From the human T2T-CHM13v2.0 reference genome, Homo sapiens: DNA of 64,000 nucleotides. The position numbers were made by a program, and so were the translations under genes. This document shows positions 53,729 through 64,000 of the stretch, one piece after another. The stretch lies in NCBI RefSeq assembly GCF_009914755.1, contig NC_060930.1. One strand, 5' to 3'. The notes below the pieces were generated by a model. The model did not search any database. It saw only the letters and a program-made list of their open reading frames with translations, and was not told the origin of the DNA. Within the stretch, counting starts at the first letter, position 1. Each line of letters opens with the position of its first letter.

Positions 53729-55910
53729 CCACCTTCTGAGGTAGGCACAACAGGGCACCATGTTACCAATGAGAAGACTTAGACACAGAGATGTTAAGTA
53801 GTTTACCCAAGGTCACACAGCTGTTAGTGGTAGAGTCAGAATTTGAAACTCAGGTAGCCTGGGCCCAAAGCCCATGCTCTCACCTCCTCCTCTGAACCTT
53901 GTACTGACTACTCCTTTAGCTGTTCTAACACCTCTTGAAGGTACCTATTGGTAAATCTTCTCCATTACTACATGCAAAGGCTATTGGAAGGCAGGCACCA
54001 ATTCCCAGTTATCTTTATAACCCTATTCCTGGCTCAGAAGAAAAGCACTGAATGTTTGTTAAGAGAGTGCAGTAGAGTCGGTGGGTGGAGGGAGGAAGAG
54101 GTGGATGGATGGATGAATGGACAGATAGACAGATTGATGGACTTGGGTGGGATAGAGCCTGAGAAATGTGGAGGAGCTAGAAGTGTTTGGGATATATGCA
54201 TATTAGAGGCCCCTGTAAGGACAAGTATGAGGGCACCTGAAGGTGAGGAGAGCCACACACACACTGCGCATGGGGACAAAGTCCCTCTTACTAATTCTAT
54301 GGGGAGTGCCTTTCTTCTCCAGAGCTTCAAGAAAAGTCACTATTTGAGGATAGAAGTTGATTTTGAAAAACTATTCTATTTTACTATTATATATTGCCTC
54401 TGTTTTTTAGCACAATCTCAAAAAAAAAAAAAAAAAATAAGACCAAAAAAGAACTACAAAGAAATAGACACATAGGGAACACGGAATGTCTAGTCACTAG
54501 CTGAACGCTAGTTTTACTCCTGAATGTCTTGGTAGTCCAGGCAATAATGAAAATATATTGTAGTTAAGAGTTCTGATTTGGGGGAGGTTGGTTGGTCTCT
54601 TAGAGCCAGAACCAGCAATGCCCAATACCTGTATGTGAAAAGGGTTGCCCCCCATTCCTCAGGTGGGTAGCCCCTCTGTCCTCAGTCTCCAGACACATGC
54701 ACCTCACATTTTCACCACTGGTCCACCTTGGATGCAATGGTGCCTATTCACATCATTTCCCCTGTGGTTCTCAACTGGACATTGATCTGACTTCATTCAT
54801 CTCTCAAACGTGGATCCTCAGTCCTGGAGATCTTATGTTTCTTTCTAGAAGAGTCAATACCCTCAAGATCTTCCAAACCTTCTGGAAAAATTGAAGTCCC
54901 TGGGCTTTTTCTGACAATACTTTTCTGTTTAAGATTCTAGGAAAACAAAATTATTTTACCATCTTGTCCAATAGTATTTTTCCAGGAAGAATGATCACTC
55001 ACAACCTCAATGGAAATTTCCACTGGGCCCATTCTGTTTTCTGTAGCCCATTACACAGACCTACATTAAACGTATAGGATGCAATTCCAAAGATGCCAAT
55101 GGTTAGGTTATATAGTTTGTGGTAGCAGATAAAAGGAGGCAAACAAGCTTATCTGGAGAGATGAAATTTCTACTGCAAGGTGGGTAGTCTCTGTTCAGAG
55201 TTCAAAAAGAGCAATTTGTCATTCCAAGAGGGAGTTATTGCAGAGATGCTCTTACAAAGGATGTTGGATAACATAACAGGCAATCCAGAGATGTTCACTG
55301 TCTCATGAAATCCATGAGAGTGGCCTGGACTGCAGATTCTGAACTGTCCTAGAGAGAATGATGGAACATCCCTACACAGCCATCCCCCACCCAGCCCCAC
55401 CTCCCACCAGGCTCTATCACCTGGTCTTGCTCAAGGTAGATCTGGGGAAAATGCTTAATCCCAGGCCAGATTCACTCAGCCAGGCCTCCTCCCTACCACC
55501 CACCACCTCCCCCGCTCCATAGACACACACTCAATTTCACCAGTCTCTGTGCTCAGGGAAATAATTCACTTTACTATCACCCTGAGTAAAATGTGAATCA
55601 TTGAGCAAAAAACTATCAGACACACACCAAAGCTGAAGATAAATTATTTTTGGAAAGCTGTCATCTTGAAGCACCCAAATGCTGGCTTCTCCAGGGTTGG
55701 AGAGGATGTGAAAGAAGACAGCCATACTGGGCCACTCACTCTTCCCCGAACACACCCGCTTCTCTGCCACCCTTGCACTTGTTCTTCCTCCACCTGGAAA
55801 CATCCTCTCTGACCTCATCTCTTCCTAGCATAATGTCATCTATCCCTCAAGGCCCAGACCTTCCTGATGTCTCTATACCAGCGTAAGCTCCCCGAGGACA
55901 TCTCTCATTT

Positions 55911-57009
<1,099 letters not shown>

Positions 57010-57964
57010 ATCTAAAAGGTTTTCTTTAACAGTGCAGGCTCTAGAGCCTATGGCCCATCTCTTCTACCTATAAGATCTCCTTACCAACTATTGGAAGCTC
57101 TGATGAAGCTTCTAGGGTCAAGCTTTGTCTGCTAAGCTTTAAAATATTTTTTCAGATGACATGCAACTGCAAGCATCCTCAATTCCTAGCACAATACCAA
57201 GAGCAAGAATGTGCTCAGTAAATAAAGGTTGAATGCATTAATAAATCAATAAAGTATGTGTGTGTAGGTGAGAGGATGGAAGGAAAGCTGCATTGATGAT
57301 GAAATTTTAGACATCCTATGAGGAAAGGACACGGAGAGAGGATTTGTGTGAGCCACAGCTTTGGGGAACACAGGAGCAGGAGGCCAGGAACCTCTCTTCC
57401 CTGTGGCAGCCTTGAGATGGTGGGTCTGCCCCGGAATTACGTATTACAAGGAGGAGCAGAGGGAGCAGTTCATCTTCCAATAACAGCTAGGCCCAGCGGC
57501 CTGCTCTCATCTCCTTATTATTCTTAGAGGGGTGATCTTGCCTGGCAGAGAGAGAAAGGAGGGGGTGAGCTGGTGGGGGAGGGAGCCAACCTCCGCAGGT
57601 CACCTTCAAGAAAATGAGATGTCAGCTGGAAGGAATGAATTAATGAAAAGAAGTAGACCCTGTTGACCTGGCCCCATTCTCTGTAAATCCTGGGTTTGGG
57701 AAGTTTTTCCATGGCCTCCACTTCTCAGGGGAATGCTGGGAGGTTAGACGTGGGGGAGTGAATGGGTTTGTAAGTTGTGAGGCTGGGATGAGAAATTTTA
57801 GTCACCTGGTCCCCGGCTCTTCTGAATGTTGCTTGCTTATAAAAAGGATATCCTGGCTGTTTCCCAGACACCTTTTCCTGGGGAGGCTCAGAGGCAAGTT
57901 GAGGACAATCCAGGCCTTCCTAGAACCTCAGGCACCGGCAGCTGGGAGCATGCTTGATACTTGC

Positions 57965-58455
57965 AAGGTTTCCCAACCCCTCAGGATGCTGAGAATCACC
58001 TGCATAATTGTTAAACAACACAAACTCTGAGCCAGAGGTTCTCTTACTTTAGCGTGCATCAGAATTGCCTGGAGGGCTTGTTAACCCTGGGGTTCAGATT
58101 CAGCAGGTCTAGTGTGGGCATAGCCCCACAAATCCCCAGTGCTGCTGCTGCTGCTCCTGGGGCTACACTTTGAGAACCACAGCCCTAGGCTGGCTCACTG
58201 ACCAGAGTCTCCAGGGAAGGCTCCAGAAGCTATGCTCTTTATAACTTCCCAGGCGATTCTAGCATCAAGACAGTTAAGGAGCTAGTAAAATGTGAGGGCC
58301 ACCTGCAGCAGAAGCACCTGGTTTCTTTATTAAAATTCAGATTTCCAGGCCTTGCCTTGGCTCTTAGGGCCCAAATTTCTGGTGGGTTGATCCAGGAATT
58401 AGCATTTGCCTAGTTCTTCAGGAGTTTTTAAGTTAATTACAGTTTGAAAGCCATG
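57965..58455. mobile_element. Cluster of nested or adjacent MER5A/MER5A1/MER5B
   Basis: Repeated gaatcacctg, gcatcagaattgcctggagggcttgttaa, ctttgagaaccac and agtttgaaagcc motifs. Confidence 0.75.
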
Positions 58456-59354
58456 CCCCTATATACCCTCCTATATTACAAGGGAATAAACTGAAGCCCA
58501 GAGAGGTGAGCTTGCTGGCAAAGACTTCACCACTAATTAGCAACCAAGCTGAAACCTCAAAGAGCTGTTTGTGCTCTTTGTGGAAGTACAATTCAGGGTC
58601 AGGGTGAGCTCAAGTTGCTCTGAGAATCCCAAAGCCAGGCAGATTGGCCAGAGCCCCCCGAATGCTGGAGTTTCCTCTTCAGGTACAGGAGCCACTGTGC
58701 ACCATTTTCCCTCAAGCCACCCTCCCTTACATGGTAGTGACTTTGTACAACCTGTAGAACACTCTCCCCTCCTCCTGGAGTATTTCACATTTCAGCTTTC
58801 ATGCTAGTCCCTCTGGGAAACTCCTGTGGCCCTCAGTGGCCAAACACACTCTCCTCTGAAACATTCACTAACCTTGTCCGTTTGTCCACTGCTGCTCTCA
58901 TTGCTGTGACAAGGACCAACTTAGGAAAGGATCACAGCCGTCCCCACCTTCCAAGGGGTTTGTGCTGCTTAGGGAGTTACCTCTGTGGTACTGGTCTTGG
59001 GTGACAGGTTGGGAAAGGACATTGGGACAGCTGCAGCAGTAGAAGCATTAGGGAGACCACAGAGACCAGCTGGGCTGGAAGTTCTGGGAACAACAGACAC
59101 ATCTGGAGAGCATTTTCTGGAAGGAAGAGGAGGGTAAAAAGGATGTTAAAGAAGTTTTGCTCTCTGCTGTGAAATGTAATTCCCACTTCATTCCTTTCAC
59201 CTCCAGAAAACCTTTAGCAAAGCTGCCCATTATTTTCAAAAGCTTTTAGAGCCAAGTTTTCTGTTATTTTTATTGTGACATTGTGCTAATATGTGCCTTA
59301 GGTGGAACCAAGAAGGGCCATTTTCGCTGGGGTGCTGGTATTCCGTACCACCAT

Positions 59355-59903
59355 TGTATTTGTTATTTATTGCTGTGTAATGAATTACTCTAAAACTCAG
59401 TGGCTGAAAACAACAATCAATATTTTCTCTCTTGGTTTTTGGATCAGGCTTTTGGATGCAGCTTAGCTGGATGGTTCTAGCTTGGGGTCTGTCCTGAGGT
59501 TGCAGTTGAGATGTGGGGCAGGGGTGGATCACCTGAGGTTTGATCTGGGCTGGAGGAGCCCTTTCCAAGGTGGCTCCCTCACATGGCTGGCCACTTGATG
59601 CTGGCTATTGGTGGGATGCCACAGTTCTCCCTCATGTCACCTTCTTCCAAGGTGGCATGGGTGTCCTCACAACATACTATCTGACTTCCCCCACCATGAT
59701 CAATTCAAGAGACAAGAAGATGGAAGCAGTAATGTCCTTATGACCCAGCTTGGGAAGTCACACATGGTCACACCCACCACACTCTCTCTGGACTACAAAA
59801 AAATCTCTAGGTCCAGCCCACATTCAAGGGAATTAGGCTCATTCAAGGAATTTATGAAGGGAAGAATATTAACTATTATGCAGACAGATTTTAAAATGCC
59901 ACA
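59355..59903 (-). mobile_element. MLT1F/G-type MaLR LTR
   Basis: tattgctgtgtaa...aaaactcagtggctgaaaacaac...ttccaaggtggctccctcacatggctgg...aaaatgccaca. Confidence 0.8.
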
Positions 59904-60619
59904 GTCTCAAAGTATGTGTCTTGTCTTGGGAAATGGGGTGCACTACCCTGAAGGGAGGACCTGCACTCATTCTCTCCTCTCTGAATCCTCATGGCTAGGC
60001 CAGTGTCTGGTATGCAGTAGATGCTTCATAAAAGTCTGTTGAACCGAACTGACAGCTCACCTCTACCCAATGCCACTCTGAAGCTGCAAGGGGACAGGAA
60101 ATAGCCCCTGCCTTGGGAGCGGCACTGTCCCTGGACCTCTGGCTGCAAATTCCTGCTCTTGGGCTCTGGCTTATTTGGAACACATGTAGCAGGCTTCACT
60201 GGCCTGGTCTCTGACCAGCAGTGTCCTCCTGTTCCGTATACACCTCTGACCTCAGCCTCCTGCTTGTTTCCCCTACAGGGCTTGGCCATAGGCCCTCTAG
60301 GCCTCCTCCCTGGGCTTGCTCTGCTCTGCCTACTCTACAAAGGCCTGAATGGGCAGCCACTACCACTTGGAGTTTGCTTCAAGGCCTGGATTCCTTCTAC
60401 GGGGGAACTATTTTATTCCTTTGTGACAGGGTAGGGGCAGGTCAAGGGGGTGGAATCAACTTACCTCCAACTCTGCCGCAAGAGAAATATTCATCACACC
60501 ATGTCAGTTTCCTCAAAGTCTTCACATGTGCATTTCAGCCTCCAAGACTTTGCTGATGTTTTCCCCACCAAGAGCGCCCTTCCTTCTCCTTTCTGTTCTG
60601 CTAGGTTCTATGCACTGGG

Positions 60620-60880
60620 GAGATAACATGGCATAGTGGAAAGGACACAGGCCTTAGAATCAAAAGATGTGAACTCAAGGCACGGCTTCATCATAAAGTA
60701 CTTGGGCAACTTGGACAAGTCTGTGCCATAACCTTTCTGAGTCTCAATTTTTCTCATTTATAAGAATGGGGATGTCATATCACCTGAGGGTCTTGTTTCA
60801 AAGCACAAATGAGAAAATAGATGGGAGAGTATTTTCTGTACGGTATGAAATACTACATGTAAGTAAGAAATTCTTCATTA
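60620..60880 (+). mobile_element. MIR
   Basis: catggcatagtggaaagg...cttggacaagt...tctgagtctcaatttttctcattt. Confidence 0.8.
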
Positions 60881-61299
60881 TCCTTCCCATCCTCTTGCAT
60901 CCAGCTCAAGTTCTGAGTCTCCCAGGAAACTCTTCACATCTATGAACTCTTCTAGCAATTACATCTCAGCCTCACAGCTCTGTATTTAACTCAACATCCT
61001 CAAATTTTTATTCCCATTGATGTAGGCTAGTTTCTGGCACTAGAGTGAAAGTACAGCAGGATTTGTCTCTGTCTCCACCACAGCACAGGACACAGTGCTG
61101 GGTCCCCAGGGATGCTTAGAGCATCTGAGTGGCAGACCATAGGACAGGCGTGCTGATCTTTGGGGGCTTGAAAAGAAATTGATCTCTACTTTTTATTCTG
61201 CCGCCTGTGACCCCGCTAAGCCCCCTTTAATGGAGACTATGGTTCCTTGACTCAGATCCCTTTGGATCTCTCTAGTAGTTCTGTGTACTTAGCCTCCAG

Positions 61300-61685
61300 C
61301 TTCTACTCTGTTTCTAATGACCCACACCTGGAAATCTCATTAACGACCTGCCTGTGGGTTCCTGGAACTCCTTGTTCCACACTTGCAGTCAGTAGGAAGA
61401 TGCCTGGGAATTTACACCTCTTCCAGCAGTCTGCAAACAGTGACTGTCTAGTGCCAGAATCTGAAAGCCCAACTCCTTTGCCTGGCAAATGCTGAGGTGT
61501 AAACTGAACCCCTGAGTTCCTGGCAGGATCAGATTGAGGTTGGGATAGTGTCTAAACTCATGCCTCACCTGGCTTTCTCTCCTTTGCTGTCCTGGTTCCT
61601 CCACCCCTTTCCAGCTTTCTGAATAAGTCATTTGCACATGAATTCTCAGCTCAGGATCTGCTTCTGGGGAGCCAGCCCAAGAAAT
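61300..61685 (+). mobile_element. LTR16C/E-like LTR
   Basis: aataagtcatttgcacatgaattctcagctcaggatctgcttctgggga terminus. Confidence 0.65.
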
Positions 61686-62127
61686 CACCATCCAGGGTCC
61701 CATCAGAAATGATCAAGGTGGCATTGACGAGCCAAAACGCACCAAGATCCACAGAAAGAAGAGGTAGGGATGAACACCATATCCCTTTTTCTTTTCTGGT
61801 CGCTTCCAGATTTTCCACCAACACCATGACTGGGACAAAAAAAAAGTGATTCATTTTCAGTTTATCTTTTCTTTAACATAACCAACTTCCGCTTCTTGAG
61901 GCTTAATTGGATCTATTCTTGGATGTGACAAAAAGTTAGTGGGAAATGAAAGGGGCATATCAAGGAAAAAAACATTTCAAGTGAATAATTTAAGATCACA
62001 TCCATAATTAATGGCATTTGGCATGCTTCCCCTGGAAGCCTAATCAGAGCATGGAATGTGCTAATTAGAGCGGTTTGGTGCAAATCAGCCCGTGCAGGTG
62101 TGGGGAAGCCGCTTCTGTTCTTTTCAG

Positions 62128-62308
62128 CACCGGTGGCAGCAGCAGCTCAGGAGTCTCTTAGGTTGGGCGGGGCTTGAATCAATGATGAGGCTCTATTCTG
62201 AAACACCTTTTGGTGTGAAGCGGGCTTCTCTTCTTTTTGAAGATGTGGGCGTGCGTCTGTGTGTTTGATGGCGGGACACAGAGGGTTGGAGCTGGGGAAA
62301 CACTTCAG
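62128..62308 (+). other. Candidate 181-nt non-coding internal exon
   Basis: Acceptor cttctgttcttttcag| and donor CAG|GTGAGC; stops in all three frames. Confidence 0.3.
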
Positions 62309-62639
62309 GTGAGCTGTCCTCTGCTGTGGGGAACGTAAGAGAATCAAACAGGGCAAGAGCTGGGAGGAGGGGGTTGAGGAGAGGAGCTGACTACTCCCAG
62401 CACCTTCACTCAGCTCACAGTGGCTAGACAAGGTCACCTGTCACACAGCCAGCTGCACCTTGTAAAAGCTAAGGCAACGGGACAACTTCTGTTCAGTGTC
62501 CCCTGTGTATTACCACCCTTCTCCAACCTGTCGTCTGCCCCAGCAGGCTGGAACCATGCCCTCAATCCAAGGACTCCCTCGATGTCTGACTTCTGGTTGA
62601 TTTAGCACATAGGGAACCCCTGAAAGAGATTGGTGGGAA

Positions 62640-62948
62640 GGAGTGAAGTGAGTTACTTTCCCATCTTTCTGAGGGCTCCCTGTGGTCTGCAGGTCGGCTG
62701 TCTTCCTAGATCTAAGATTCCAGTTCTTTTCTAGTAATCCTCTACTCTGTCTCAGAGTCTTAGGGACCCGGGCTTCAGGCTGAGGGGTGTTCCACCCCAC
62801 CCCCATCAGCCTGGACTACAGCAGCCCCCTCTTGTGGTTTCCCAGTCCACCTCCACCTTTGTAAATAACCCCTTTATTAAACTCTCCTCAGATGATCCTC
62901 ATTGGAGGGTGACATCTCTTAACAGCTGTCAGGATCCTGATGGAGATA
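62640..62948 (+). mobile_element. LTR33-like fragment
   Basis: cacctttgtaaataacccctttattaaactctcctca...ggatcctga. Confidence 0.6.
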
Positions 62949-63180
62949 GTTAGAACTGTTCCATAAGAGCGACACTCTTTTTAAGTAATTGGAGATTTCT
63001 CCCTTAAAAACCAGGGTTTTGGCAAATCATCTCTTCTTTTTGAAGGGAAATCTTTATAAAATGCATCTCCTATTTCTCTACCATCTTAACCAGAACTACA
63101 CATGATTTTAAAACTGCTCTTGATAACACTTCATAAGCAGCAATTGTTGTATCATGCTGGGCACTGCACACCTTGGGGGC

Positions 63181-63986
63181 TGTTATGGACCTGAGTTGTG
63201 TCCCCTTAAAATCGTATGTTGCAGCCCTAACCCCCAATGTGACTGTATTTGGGCCTTTAAGGAGATAGTTAAGTGAGATCATAAGGATGGGACCCTAATC
63301 TGATAGGACTGATGCCCTTAGAGGAAGATACCAGAGCTCAGGTGTGTGTGTGCACGTGTAATGTGTATGCACAGAAGAAAGGCCGATAGGGTGAGAGGTC
63401 AATGTCTGCAAGCTAGGAAGAGATCCCTTGCCAGAAACCAACTGTGATGATTAACACTGAGTGTCAACTTGATTGGATTAAAGGATGAAAAGTATTGTTC
63501 CTGATGCGTCTGTGAGGGTGTTGCCAAAGGAGATTAACATATGACTCAGTGGACTGGAAAGGCAGACCCACCCTTAATCTGGCTGGGCACAATCTAATCA
63601 GCTACCAGCATCACCAGAATAAATGCAGGCAGAAGAATATGAAAAGACCAGACTGGCTTAGCCTCCCAGGCTACATCTTTCTCCTGTGCTGGATGCTTCC
63701 TGCCCTCGAACATCAGACTCCAAGTTCTTCAGCTTTGGGACTTGGACTGGCTTCCTTGCTCCTCAGTTTGCAGATGGCCTATTGTGGGACCTATTACTCC
63801 TTAATAAATTCCCCTTTATATATACATCTATCCTATTAGTTATGTCCCTCTAAGGAACCCTGACTAATACATCAACTCTGCTAGCTTCTGGACTTCCAAG
63901 AACCAGAACTGTAAGAAAATAAATGTCTATTGTTTAAGCCAACCAGTCTCTGGCACTTTGTTATGGCACCCAAGTAGACTAATACA
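63181..63986 (+). mobile_element. MLT1B/MLT1A0 LTR split by MLT2A
   Basis: tgttatggacctgagttgtgtcccc...ccagaactgtaagaaaataaatg...gactaataca. Confidence 0.85.
63443..63871 (+). mobile_element. MLT2A1/A2 solo LTR (HERV-L)
   Basis: tgtgatgattaacactgagtgtcaacttgattggatt...ccctgactaataca; TSD ccaac/tcaac. Confidence 0.92.
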
Positions 63987-64000
63987 GAGACCCAAGAGCC

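Noticed and set aside
53948-54475. 175-aa ORF ending in a lysine run, possibly a processed pseudogene
   Set aside because: It is built from L2-like and (GGAT)n sequence plus a poly(A) run; no TSD or homology recognised.
62123-62143. REST/NRSE-like or CTCF-like motif ttcagcaccggtggcagcagc
   Set aside because: Only the REST left half matches (GGACAG is absent), and the CTCF match needs a gap.

Overview
This is hominid (human or great-ape) genomic DNA; Alu J/S elements and a young L1PA2 insertion set the lineage. It is intergenic or intronic, and I recognise no protein-coding exon, tRNA, rRNA or CRISPR array. Every ORF-track entry I can assign lies in a transposon remnant, and the rest look like chance ORFs. 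About half the window is interspersed repeats, many nested with visible target-site duplications (TSDs). The main ones are an MSTB1-type MaLR provirus split by MER52 and MER39 solo LTRs (2.4-7.2 kb), a full-length decayed L1PA14-like LINE inside MER2 inside an older L1M (9.3-18.8 kb), a 5'-inverted L1PA2 (21.1-21.8 kb) and an MSTD/MLT1A provirus (47.7-50.1 kb). There are also THE1C, MSTB, MLT2 and MER21/34/39 LTRs, nine Alus, and many MIR/L2/MER fragments. Between the repeats are several short non-repeat islands dense in POU, homeobox and SOX motifs, which are candidate enhancers. The most testable new hypotheses are DUX4-motif LTRs with a possible spliced non-coding exon, discordant LTRs on one provirus, and several template-switch signatures. 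Subfamily names come from remembered consensus sequences and need RepeatMasker/Dfam confirmation. The sequence alone does not support a new protein-coding system.
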